Assembly: GCF_020745735.1 (NCBI RefSeq)
Contig: NW_026867509.1
Span: 930,001-994,000 of the forward strand
Reading direction: 5' to 3'
Origin: Hemiscyllium ocellatum
Taxonomy: Eukaryota
DNA: 64,000 nucleotides
The position numbers and the translations under genes are program-made. The notes below the pieces were generated by a model. It was not told where the DNA came from. It saw only the letters and a program-made list of their open reading frames with translations, and ran no database searches. The stretch's first letter is position 1. The number at the start of each line of letters is the position of its first letter. Positions 1 to 11,113 of this stretch are shown piece by piece.

Positions 1-89
1 GTTTAGCATTCCAACGAAATAAGTCAAATGCACAAAGTGCAAAGAGAACCTGTAGCCAGGTCCATTTGTGAAAAGCATTTACACCACCA

Positions 90-2525
90 TTTGATCAGCA
101 CAGACATGATGGGCCAATGGGTCCGTTCCTATGCTGTATTGTTACATGAATGACGATGGCTGCTGGTTCACCCTCTTGACTGAATGAACAAGAAATTGTA
201 ACATTATTGATAAATAAAAACCGAAAGGATAGCAGATGCTGAAAATCAGGACCAAAAACAGATGTTACTGGAAAAGCTTAGTAGGTATGGCAACAGCTGT
301 GAAGAAAGATCTGTGTGAAAGTTTTGGGTCCGGTACTGCCAAGCTTTTCCAGCAACTTCTCTTTTTGTTCATTACTTTATGGGTCCTGGTAGTACTGAGT
401 TGCAAGGCACTGCAGCGTTTCATTGTAAAACCATGTGCTGACACAAATAAAACGCACTCCCACAAACCATCTTTCCAGCTGCCCATCAGAAACTCTCATG
501 ACTGTCGACTTCTCAACACGTCATCTTATGTGTGGTCAGATAAAAAGGTTTCACGTCTTCTGTAACAAAATGGTTATGCTGACTATCTTCTGAGGGATGC
601 CACTTCCCTCGTGGATCCTCTATTCTGCAGAACCACTTCACTGGTTCAAAGCCCAGAGTCAGGAACTTTACTTTTGTGACTCCCTATCAAAATAGGATTT
701 TGTTTCTCTTACTTATCGCCAGAAGGAGAAGAGTAACCCGATCGTTCATAGGCAGCTTAAATATCAAGATGTGATTTGCTGACAAAGAATTAGGGAATTT
801 GCTGAGAGGATGAAAAATGTTCATTTCCGTCCAACCTAACAAAATCCTCAAGCACCTCAGACTTTTACTGGCGGTTCTGACTCATTAGTCAGACACTACT
901 CACTGCTTTTAATTGGTTCGTGTAGTTCAGATGTGAGTTACATTCTATCCTCTGGATATTTTAAGCATATCACTGTTATCCTTGACCTGTGAATCGACAA
1001 CGTGTCATTCTGGAACTGTTAACGTGAAGGTACGGAGCAGTACTTAATGAAGCACAATATGTTTGATATCATTCAGATACGCTGTCCATCGCATTGCCAG
1101 CCAGGTTGCGTTTCCGCAGATATCCTGCAGAGTTGAGGTGCTAACAGAGAAAAGAGCGGGAATAGTAAACCTCCTAACCTGAATGAAAAGCAAAGATAAT
1201 AACTGCTACTATTTCAACTGTAGTTTTCTGGAAAACAAACTGTATTTGTGCATATTTGGCTGCTTCACTGTCATCTCTTTCCCTGTTTGAAATTTCTCCC
1301 TTTTCATTCACAGTCATTCCTCTATTTTATACTTCATTCTCGTGAAATGTGCCTTCATGCCGAGTGCGAGGTCTTTTGAAGTCAAAATCTTCAACAAATT
1401 CATCGAGGAACTTCTGGAAATTTTTAGCCAGGGTTCTGGATTCACACGAGGTGAAGAACACTTTTATTGGTGATGTGGAGAGAGGGCCTGAAGCATTTAT
1501 GAAAAATATTTTCATCATCACTTGGTCAGCACAGACATGACGGGCCAAAGTGTCTGTTTCTATGTCGTATCGTTCTTTGACAGACTATGACTGTAGGTTC
1601 ACCCTTTTGACTGAATGAACAATAATTAATGACATTGTTGGTAAATTTAAAACAGAAAGATCAATGATAGTGAAAATCAGGATCAAAAGCAGAAGTTATG
1701 GAAAAGCTGAGTAGGTATGGCAACATCAGTGAACAAAACTCCGACTGAAAGTTCTGGGTCCAATTTTAAAGAAGGATCAATACATCGAAACATTAACTCA
1801 ACTATTTTTTCACATATGTTGATAGACCTACCAAGTTTTTGCAGCAACTTCTCTTTTTGCTCATTACGTTATTGCTGGTGGTGGTACTGAGTGGTCAGGC
1901 ACAGTAGTGTACCACTGTACAAAGATGTGCTGACACAAAGACTGAGCACTTCCACAAACCATTTTTGCAAATGCTTATCAGAAACTCTCATGACTGTCGT
2001 CTACTCAATACATCATCTCACGTGTGATCGTTTCAAAAGGTTTCACTTCTTCTATAACAAAAGGGTTATGCTGATTGGCAAAATGTAGGATGCCGAGTTC
2101 CAAGTGCATCCTCTTTTTTTAAGAACCACGTTTTACTGGATCGAAAGCCCAAACACAGGAACTTTATTTTTGTGACACGCTCCCAAAATTCGACATTGTT
2201 TCTCTCACTTATCGCCAAAGGGAGAAGAGCAACTCGTTGGTCTATACGCAGCTTAAATATCTAGATGTGATTTGTTGACAAAAAAAATTAACCAAGTTGC
2301 GAGAGGATAAACAATGTTCATTTTCCCTCCATCCTAACAAAAGAAACCTCAAGTGTTTTTAATTGATTCGTTTGGTTCCAATGTGAGTTACATCATATCT
2401 CCTTCTTGATATTTTAAAGCATGTCAGCGTTACCCTTGACCTGTGAATCGACAACGTGCCATCCTGGAATGGTTCACGCGAAGGTACTGGGGCAGTACTC
2501 AATAACGCACAATATGTTTGACATT
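90..2525 (+). repeat. Older diverged tandem duplication of V-segment 3'-flank cassette (~90-1,070 vs ~1,522-2,525)
   Basis: Shared colinear blocks, e.g. cagcacagacatga(t/c)gggcc, gaaactctcatgactgtcg, cttgacctgtgaatcgacaacgtg, cacaatatgtttga. Confidence 0.85.
1074..1178 (-). pseudogene. Truncated 5' part of the divergent V-like segment seen at 58,709-59,054
   Basis: Acceptor TTTTCATTCAG|GTTAGGAGG, then ~100 nt alignable to 59,054-58,950 (CTCTGTTA-CACCT..GCAGGATATCTG..CTGGGCTGG..ATCTGA), then it joins 3'-flank cassette sequence. Confidence 0.5.
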
Positions 2526-2883
2526 GTTTGGATTATTCTAAAAGTACATTATGAGAGTCCTGTGGCACGTTATTCTCTCAACCTGAATGCTGCAGTTCCG
2601 TTTTACTGGAGGATTTTGCTGGATCAAACAAAGTTGTTGAATTTTCGAGAGCAGCTCATCGCTGGCACAGTATTTTCCAATATCATGAAATGCACAAAAA
2701 GCTGTTTTTTTTTGCTTTACATTCACACAACTATTTGTTCATTTCAATAATTGATTTATAATAATTAAATCTTTGTGTCCGAATGACTAGTATCAGATAT
2801 CACTGTGAGCTCGAGAATCGCTTCAGATACACCCCGATCTCACTGTTTGCTGAACACGCTAACATGTTCAGTGATGGTCTTCG

Positions 2884-2922
2884 AATTTTTGTACAGGGTC
2901 AGCCTAGTTCACATTCTGTGTG
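2884..2922 (-). other. 23-RSS of V1
   Basis: Minus strand: heptamer CACACAG (2,922-2,916), 23-nt spacer AATGTGAACTAGGCTGACCCTGT, nonamer ACAAAAATT (2,892-2,884). Confidence 0.9.
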
Positions 2923-3225
2923 GGACGCCGTGCGCAGTAATACACTGCGGAGTCTGTTAGTTCTGCATTCAACACATTCAGTTTGGTAGTGCCGTTCACA
3001 GGATCAAAATTCCAAGAAGGCCTGTGCAGGAGAAAACTCCCGTTTTCTCACTATATTGGTCTTTCTGCAGCAGAAACTGCAACGGTCCGTTGGAAGTTTG
3101 ACGGTACCAGTACAGGTCAGGATTGCAACTTATTGTAGTGTAATTACAGAACAGCAGCAGATCTTCCCCTTCATTCAGTTTGATTGCAGCCAGTGTTTGT
3201 GAGACAGAATCGCCACGACAAAGTC
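2923..3225 (-). pseudogene. TCR alpha/delta V exon V1 (frameshifted as written)
   Basis: Acceptor TTTTCCAG|GA; GLCRGDSVSQT..FCNY..LYWYRQ..DSAVYYCARRP. A 1-bp C-run deletion at ~3,038 relative to the intact copy at 62,727-63,030. Confidence 0.92.
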
Positions 3226-3668
3226 CTGGAAAAGCCATGAGTTATACAAAATTAAATAAGGAACGACAATATATTTATCGTCCAGAATTGACCCGTGCAC
3301 CTTGATCAAAAAACCGAGATACAAATGAGGGAAGTTCAATTAGATTCCATTTCATATGGGGTGATCATTTCCCATTTCATCTCGGGAAATCTGTAGGGGA
3401 ACATGAAAACTGTTGACGTATCTAAAATTTTCTCCCTTCGGTCGAATCATCCGAATGGCATTAGTCCTGTTTGGGTTTCCAGCCTAAATCTTCCGCTGCC
3501 ATTCGCTTATGGACATTCACTAATTTCTCATTGTTGTGGCAAATTTAGATCCAAATGGTTTTTATTTGGGAGAATGTATTGTTGCTTCGATGTTGCGCAA
3601 AGTGCTTGAATAAAATGGAATTCTCAGCAAAGAACTGAAACACATACATAGACGAGTGTTCAACCTAC

Positions 3669-3720
3669 CAGTTAGAACAGCTGCACTTGTGAAGAGTAAA
3701 CCCAGAGCTCTTGGCAACGT
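3669..3720 (-). pseudogene. Leader exon of V1 with ACG in place of ATG
   Basis: 52 nt: ACG TTG CCA AGA GCT CTG GGT TTA CTC TTC ACA AGT GCA GCT GTT CTA ACT G|GTAGGT. Aligns with the ATG-initiated V2 leader; an in-frame TAG lies upstream with no ATG before it. Confidence 0.85.
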
Positions 3721-4606
3721 TTGCAGAGAGTTCACGGTGAACGTGAGCAGAACTGGCTGAAGCTAAAATGGTTCTTGTCAAGAGTTGGGTAATTCAGATT
3801 GAGTACTTTCTGGATCTCTGCTCATTGGACAATCTTTGGAAAGGCATCTTGTGAAAGCCAATGAGCATCACGGTCCTTTATTCTTCATTTCAACCAATAA
3901 GCTTCAAGCTCTTTTGAACATAAGTTTATATTATGGCTGATGTGATAAAGCAACAAAGTTCTAAATAAGGGTTAGAAAGGTTCACTCAGCTTTTCCTTCA
4001 CAGTTGCTGCCAGACCTGCGAGATTCTCCAGTTGTTTGCTTTTGGATCGGATTTCCAGCAACTGCAGTTCTTTGCTAATTTGTTTCATCAATGTTAGTGA
4101 TTAGAAGCAGGTAGATTTCGTTGACTGTATGATCCTTAATTGGGGTTGTTAAATCGACGGAGCTCTGGGCAATTGGTTTGAACAGCAGATGTTGAGTCTA
4201 CTCACTCCTGCATGGATATCAAATGCACTGCAGTGGATCAAGCACATGGCTCACCTCCACATTGTCTCAGAATATACCAGGCTAACGTATTGCTCAAAAA
4301 AACATAAGAGATTCGGTTTAAGTCTCCCTCATTTGAATGCGATTGGTGAAAGAGCCGAGGTCCATGCCAATGTAAATTCCAAATCCTGACTGAAGTCGTT
4401 ACTCATGATACAAAAATAAATGGGATGGCAATTGGCGATGAGTATTCAACGAGTCGATACGATAAACCAAGTTACAACCTGTTCCAATGACTGAGACGAG
4501 ACAAGACTCTGGCGAGATCTACAGGAAATTTGAAGCAACGAAAAAGAAACAATTTACGAGTGGGACGAAAGCAAATCATGAATTTTCATCAAATGCTTTC
4601 ACGATG

Positions 4607-4860
4607 ATGGCATTGTGACTAAGTGGTAAGCATACCTGCTTTATAGCACCAAAGACCCAGGTCCGAATTCAACCCAAAAGAACTGTCATTTTGGAATTTG
4701 GATATTCTCCCGATGTCAACATGGATTTCCTGTGGGTGTTCTGGTTACCTCGCACAGTCAAAAATGGGCAGGTTAGGTAAGTTAAATATACAAGGTCTGG
4801 AGATGATGTCTTTCAGAGGCTTGATGGACCAAATGGCCTGCATCCACCTGCAGGGTTTCT
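4607..4860 (+). mobile_element. Degenerate V-SINE/HE1-like tRNA-derived SINE
   Basis: Alignable to the well-preserved copy at 23,510-23,826 (A/B-box-like head, central domain, ..ggaccaaatggcctg.. tail). Confidence 0.6.
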
Positions 4861-4899
4861 TGGTTTAGGTTGTGTCAGTATTGACAATGTTACATGTAT

Positions 4900-7460
4900 T
4901 TGTAAGATGTAGGCACCGCTGACTGGCCAGCATTTATTACCTGACCTTCGTTGTCCTTGTAAAGGTTGGTGAGAGTTTCCTTCTTGAAGTGCTGCAGTTC
5001 GCCTATTAGTGGTTGACCGACAATGGCGAGAAAGGGAATGATCTGTTTTTGACCAAGTGACAGTGAAGGAACTTCAATATATTTGCAAATCAAGATAGTG
5101 ACTGGCTTGGAAATAATCTTGAAGGTGGTGGTGTTCCCATATATCTACTGGCCATTGAATTTCCAGATGGAAAATGTCGTTGATATGGACGCTTGCGTCT
5201 GAGGATCACTGGTAACCTTCAGCATTGCATCTTAGAACATAGAAGGATACAGCGCAGTACAGGCCCTTCGGCCCTCGATGTTGCGCCGACCGAATCCTAA
5301 CTAACCTATACTAGCCCAATAACTTCCAAATGCCTATCCAATGCCCGCTTAAATGACCATAAAGAAGGAGAGTTCACCACTGATACGGGCAGGGCATTCC
5401 ATGAACTCACAACCCGCTGTGTGAAGAATCTACCCCTAACATCTGTCCATACCTACCACCCCTTAATTTAAAGCTATGTCCCCTAGTAACACTTGATTCC
5501 ATTAGCGGTAAAAGGTTCTTAGTATCTACCCTATCTAAACCCCTAATCATCTTATACACTTCTATCAGATCTCCCCTAAACCTTCTCTTCTCCAATGAGA
5601 ACAGCCCCAAGTGCCTCAGTCTTTCCTCGTAAGATTTTCCTACCATTCCAGGCAACATCCTGGTAAACCTCCTCTGCACTCGTTCTAAAGCTTCCACATC
5701 CTTCCTATAGTATGGCGACCAAAACTGCACACAATACTCCAGATGAGGCCTCACCAGAGTCTTATACAACTGCAACATGACCTCAGGACTCCGGAACTCA
5801 ATTCCTCTGCCAATAAAGCCCAGTACACCATATGCCTTCCTCACAGCACTATTTACCTGGGTGGCAACTTTCAGAGATCTGTGTACATAGACACCAAGAT
5901 CCCTCTGCTCATCCACACTACCAAGTAGCCTACCATGAGCCCAGTAATCCATCATCTTGTTATTCCTACCAAAGTGAACGACTTCGCACTTAGCTACATT
6001 GAATTCCATTTGCCACATTTCCGCCCAGCTCTGCAACTTATCTATATCCCGCTGTAACCTACCACTTCCTTCCGCACTATCCACAACTCTACCGACTTTT
6101 GTGTCATCCGCAAACTTGCTTACCCAGCTTTCAAGTCCTTCCTCTAGATCATTTATAAAGATAACAAAAAGCAATGGTCCCAAAACAGATCCTTGTGGTA
6201 CACCGCTAGTAACTGCGCTCCAAGATGAACATAATCCATCAACTACTACCCTCTGTCTCCTTCCAGCCAGCCAATTCCTAATCCAAACCTCTAATGTATC
6301 CTCAATGCCATACCTCCGAAGTTTTAGCATTAGCCTACCATGGGGAACCTTATCGAACGCCTTACTAAAATCCATATACACAACATCTACTGCTTTACCC
6401 TCATCCACTTCCTTAGTCACCTTCTCAAAGAACTCAATAAGGTTTGTGAGGCACGACCTGCCCTTCACAAAACCATGCTGGCTATCCTGATCACGTTATT
6501 CCTACCCAGATGTTCATAAATCTTATCCCTTACCATTCTCTCTAAGACTTTGCCCACCACTGAAGTCAGACTCACTGGCCTATAGTTACTAGGGCTATCC
6601 CTACTCCCTTTCTTGAACAATGGGACCACATTCGCTATCCTCCAGTCCTCTGGTACTATTCCCGTAGACAATGACGACATAAAAATCCAGGCCAATGGCT
6701 CTGCTATCTCCTCCCTAGCTTCCATAGGATCCTGGGGTAAATGCCATCAGGCCCAGGAGACTTATCTATATTCATCCTTTCCAATATTCCCAAAACCTCC
6801 TCCCTGCATATTTCCAGGGCATCCATTCTAATTATTTGTGATTCCATATTCACATCAGCAACAGTGTCCTGTTCCTGAGTGAATACTGATGAAAAGTACT
6901 GATTTAATGTCTCTCCAATCTCCTCCGCCTCCACACACAACTTCCCACTACTATCCTTGACTGGACCGATACCTACCCTAGTTATCCTTTTATTCTTGAC
7001 ATACTATAGAAAGCCTTTGGGTTTTCCCGAATCCTACCAGCTAAAGACTTTTCATGTCCCCTTCTCGCTTCTCTTAGCTCCCTCTTTAGCTCCTTCCTGG
7101 CTACCTTATAACTCTCAACTTGTAGGTGGTATACACTGAGCCACGGTGGTTGAGGACATGAATGTTCATGGATGTAGTGCCAATTAAGCCGAGCTGCTTT
7201 CTCTTCGATGAGAAAGCTCCTTGGGTACTGTTCGTACTGCACTCATCTGGGAAAGTAGACAGTATTCTGTCGCACCCCTGACTTCTGTCATGCATATAGT
7301 GGCTGGATTTATAGCGTCAGGACATACATGACTGGCGGCAGTGCTCCTCGTCTCTGACCTGCTCTTGTAGCCATTGTGTTTATGTGTTGGGTACAGTTGA
7401 GGTTTTGGTCATTAAAACCTCCAGGATGTTGACAGCCGGAAATTCAGTGATGCTAACACC
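4900..7460 (-). mobile_element. Old degenerate LINE (CR1/L2 group) 3' region, split by a younger CR1 insertion (pieces ~4,900-5,233 and ~7,119-7,460)
   Basis: The halves rejoin as ..cagcattgcatCTT|gtaggtggtatacactg.. and match another fragment at ~9,430-9,660. Confidence 0.65.
5234..7116 (-). mobile_element. 5'-truncated CR1 LINE (RT domain), same subfamily as the 13.5-21.2 kb arms
   Basis: ORF 5,407-6,468 with RT motifs (GVPQGSVLGP, FADD, ALERVQRRFTRM); 3' tail CTATGTTCTAAG; several 1-bp deletions; apparent 3-bp TSD CTT. Confidence 0.95.
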
Positions 7461-7828
7461 ATGTTTCTACCAAATTTTCTTCAATTGTGATTTACCTTGA
7501 TCTTTAACTTCTGTGCATCATGCCTGTTATTTTATACTTTCTTCCATTTCATCTTCAACATTGATTCACCATTCTGCACTCTGAAAGTACTATTAGTGCA
7601 TCCTTCCACTTTCCATTTTCCCCATTAAAGTTTCTGATTTCCAAATATACCCTTCCTTCACCTCCATCTGCATAACCAATTGACATTAATTCTGACTATC
7701 TTTAAATGTTACTGCTCCATCCTTTCGAGTGTAATTTGCTTTCATTTGCCTTATATCTGATTATGAAGCACACCATTAGTAATGCTCATTCTTCAAACTC
7801 AGCATAACAGAAATCGCGACTCTATGCA

Positions 7829-7867
7829 AGTTTTAGTACAGACTCACCCACTGTTTGTTACACTGTG
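7829..7867 (-). other. 23-RSS of V3
   Basis: Minus strand: canonical heptamer CACAGTG (7,867-7,861), 23-nt spacer TAACAAACAGTGGGTGAGTCTGT, nonamer ACTAAAACT. Confidence 0.95.
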
Positions 7868-8203
7868 TCTTCATTGCGCAGAGGTAGGTGGCAGTGTCAT
7901 TAAGTCTGGCGTCTTTAACAGTCAGAATACTGACTTTATTGACTGTACTGATTGAAGCGGTGATCCTCTCAGATGGATTTTCTTCTCTTTTGGCCATCAC
8001 CAGATGCTGGGGTGGATGATTGGGAGCTGACTGTACCAACGCACTGTGTTAACTATATTGGCAAACGAGCAATTCATGGACACAATTCCCAATTCAGTGA
8101 CGACCATCCAGGTAGGAAGTTGCTTCACTTCACTTTCTCCAGTCACCTCCTTGGAGATCAGAGTAGAAAACAGCAGGACAACACCGCAAATTTGGAACAT
8201 CAT
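7868..8203 (-). pseudogene. TCR alpha-type V segment V3 with leader and V in one exon; single 1-bp frameshift at ~8,020-8,024
   Basis: Joining ORFs 7,997-8,239 and 7,833-8,039 by +1 nt gives MMFQICGVVLLFSTLISKEVTG-ESEVKQLP..MNCSF..WYSQLPNHPPQHLV..DARLNDTATYLCAMK, with Cys/Trp/Cys in V-domain positions, followed by an RSS. Confidence 0.9.
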
Positions 8204-8272
8204 CAGATTGCAAGATAAGTGATGAAAGCAATTGACCATGGAGCTTCGTTGAGGAACTGTAGTTAATTATTA

Positions 8273-8280
8273 CATTTATA
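8273..8280 (-). promoter_or_regulatory. Candidate TATA box of V3
   Basis: TATAAATG on the minus strand ~70 nt upstream of the leader ATG-ATG. Confidence 0.5.
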
Positions 8281-8464
8281 CAAGTAACTATCTAGAGCAA
8301 TGCACGGTTCACGTCTAACTCACGCTTAACCTGCTGGAGCTGCTGAAGAAACTGAATCTATGTTTGTTCCTGTATTGAGCCTCTCACACTGACAGTCGTT
8401 CAAATTTTCTGGAAGTCCACGCCTGCACCAGCTCTCATCTTCGATATTTAGCATGGATTCACAT

Positions 8465-8495
8465 TGACATCTAGTGGTGTTGATAAGTAATTGCG
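8465..8495 (-). promoter_or_regulatory. Candidate CTCF site upstream of V3
   Basis: Minus strand CGCAATTACTTATCAACA-CCACTAGATGTCA: a CTCF-core-like 13-mer with an upstream GCAAT-type module. Confidence 0.45.
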
Positions 8496-9429
8496 TTGTT
8501 CAAATTCTCACACCAGTTCCGGTTCAATGAGAGAAGCTCAAAATAACAGACATGGTCTCTTCCCCGCATAACACTGTGAACAGGTGAGCCCCAGGATTTC
8601 AAATTCATGTGCAACATCCACCGATTTCAGACTATGATCCTTCTGCATTGTAACTAAGTCTTTATTCCACAACGGAATTTCCAATGAATAAATCAAATGT
8701 TGTTGCTCTTGGACTTACTGATGAGATCCATTTTAAAAGGTATTAGTGAACTTTACTGTGTCTAATTGTACACGGAACTGCTGCTTTTACATCAGATGCC
8801 CTGCAGTGTATCAGATCTATGGCTAGCGCCACGCTGCCACGCACTATTCGTGGTAGATGCCAGCAGCGCCCATACAAGGTAACCAAATGTTCTAAAGGAA
8901 AAGAAAAAGAATTGAGGCAAAGTCTCCCACATTTGAATGGGAATGGTGAAAGAGCACAGATACATGTCATCGGACCAATCAAATCCTGATTGACGTGAAT
9001 GTATCACAGATAACGCAAAAGTAAACAAACTGACAAGTCGCCTTGATAATTCAAACACCCCGCAAGAAGACAACGTTACAGACTGCTTCTGTAAGTATGA
9101 CTGCACCTTACCCTGGCAAGATCTCGATGAAATTTACAATGCCAAAAAATAAGCAATTTCTGAGTGGGCAATATCAATTCTAAGGAAGCATTTTGTCATG
9201 TTCTTACTGTGGCTACGTGGTGTGAAGTTTACAAATTTTCCCTCTATGCCTATCTGGAAGTGAATTAGTCTCGCACACGCCAAAAATGGATCTGACAGGA
9301 AAGAAATGAACAGTAGGAGATGCAGGGTTAGGGTAGATCTGGGTGTGATGTACAACAGAGATTAGATGGGCAGAATGCCCTGCTGACAAACTGTGTGGAC
9401 TCTCTGCTTAGATTGTATAACTATTTATG

Positions 9430-9660
9430 TTTTACGTATTTATTCATTCGTGAAATGTGGGCATCGCTGACAGGCCAGCCTTTATTGCACATTCCTAGTT
9501 GCCTTGAGAAAGTGGTGATAAGCTGTCTTCTTCAACCGCTGCAGTCCCCTGCTGTGGTTGACCCACAATGCCACGGAGTAAAATCCATGATTTTCTCCAA
9601 GATCCATCGACAGTGAAGAAACAGCGATATATTTTTCAAGTAAGGATGGTGTCACAAAGA
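9430..9660 (-). mobile_element. Old LINE 3' fragment (same family as ~4,900-5,233)
   Basis: Shared text, e.g. gccttgagaaagtggtg..cttcttcaaccgctgcagtcc..gacagtgaagaaacagcgatatattt. Confidence 0.6.
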
Positions 9661-9899
9661 TAGTCCTTTTTCTCTTAGCTCTTCCTTTTCTCAAGTTTAC
9701 TGTGTCCTTGTATTTATTTTCAGAAGGACTGTTAAACAGGGCTCTGAAGTCGATTGGTTTTGTACAGAGATGAAAGGGAATTGCGGGCATTTTTGTTTGT
9801 ACTTAAACAGATGAGACTTTCGGCCAAACTTTATGTTTTAGAAGTGACCTACAATGAAAGAGTAATGGTCAGTTCTGAAAGCTGAATTATTTTTGGTAG

Positions 9900-11100
9900 T
9901 CAGTTCAGAAGCAGTGGACTGTTTGGCTTAGGGCAGTTGCAGGATATTCTGGAGGCGGACGGAAAATAGTCAGTAGTCATGGTACGCCTTGGTAATGAAC
10001 AGTATAGGAAAAATGAACTAGGATGAGATCCCAAAATCACAATGTACAGAACTAGGAAAAAGCTGAAATACAGTACCTTGAAGGTACTTATCTCAGGATT
10101 ACTACAAGTGTAATGACCGGTCAGAATCGAAAAGCAGGATGTATAGGATGAACACTGGTTGAAAAGAAGTTGTAAGCAGGAAGGTATCAGATTCGCTGGG
10201 CATTGGGAGCGTTCCTGGGGTATTTGGGACTGCACAAACTAAACTGGTTACACACTTGGGCAGAACCAGGACTGATGTGCTTGGGGGAGTACGAGGTTAG
10301 ATTAATTGAGGAGGAGTTAAAATCGTATGAGGAGGGAATAGGTACCAGAGGGTAGAGCAGCAGATGGACAAAATAAGGGAGATGGGGAAACCACGGCAAA
10401 TGTGACTAAGATCAAGAACCGTAAGGCAACGTTGCTGAAAAAAGCAGGGGAGGCGGTCTGAAATCCATATGTTTCAATGTGAGAAGTATAAGCGTAAGGA
10501 ATAGGGCCTGTCAAAGACAGAAGTGGGATGTTGTGTGTGCACTCTGTGGAGATCAGAGTGGTACTAAACGAACATTTCTCATCTGTTTTCAATCAGAACT
10601 GGGAGAATATTATCAAGGAGAAGACGGAGATAGAGGCTATTAGACTTGAAGGGATTGAGGTTAGTAAGGAGGAGGTGTTATCCATTCTCAAATGTGTGAA
10701 ACTAAATATATCCGTGGGCCTGAAGAGATTTCTCTGAGAATTCTCTGGGTCGTTAGGAGGGAGATGGAGGAACCTTTGGCCTGATCTTTCAGTCCTCATT
10801 GTCTACAGGTTTAGTACCAGCTAACTGGAAGATTGCAAATGTAGTGCACTTTCTCAAGAAGGGTAGTAGACATGTCATAGGCCAGCAAGCCTTATGTCTG
10901 CTGCAAGGAAAGGTTTGAAAAGGAGTATTAGAGTTCGGATTTATGATTATCTTACAAGCAACAATTTTCCTGGCAATACTAAAAATGTATTCATCAAGGG
11001 TAAGTCGTATCTCATTTACCTCACAGAATTTTTTCCAGGAGGTGACCAAGTATGTGGATAAGGGTAGGGCATTTGACATACTGTACATGGACATCAGTAA
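9900..11100 (+). mobile_element. Highly degenerate CR1 fragments (ORF1 esterase and ORF2 pieces) ending at an assembly gap
   Basis: Remnants such as ggtatcagattcgctgggcattggg (GFRFLGHW-like) and ccaggaggtgaccaagtatgtggataagggtagggc (EVTKYVDKG). Confidence 0.7.
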
Positions 11101-11113
11101 NNNNNNNNNNNNN
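11101..11113. other. Assembly gap (13 N)
   Basis: Run of N. Confidence 1.

Larger units (their letters stand above)
1..4195 (+). repeat. Copy A of a near-identical segmental duplication (copy B at 59,804-64,000)
   Basis: Same ORFs recur at offsets 59,803-59,805. By eye I found only two 1-bp C-run indels (~1,090 and ~3,038) and one substitution (~3,366); not an exhaustive count. Confidence 0.97.

Noticed and set aside
236-565. 109-aa ORF (and duplicate 60,039-60,368) plus the many other 60-110-aa ORFs
   Set aside because: They overlap short repeats or AT-rich flanks, show no domain motifs, and are not preserved in the paralogous cassette.
2801-2807. CACTGTG heptamers at 2,801 and 8,572 as possible D/J RSSs
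   Set aside because: No acceptable nonamer at 12 or 23 nt and no FGxG J motif. No D or J segments are supported anywhere in the window.
5999-6490. Long antisense ORFs over CR1 (also 14,319-14,861, 16,110-16,559, 18,192-18,686, 19,935-20,477)
   Set aside because: They are the opposite-strand shadow of CR1 ORF2, repeated only because the element is repeated.
3721-7828. NAR-TCR V-D-J cluster upstream of V1
   Set aside because: The interval contains only SINE and LINE sequence plus flank; no V, D or J found.
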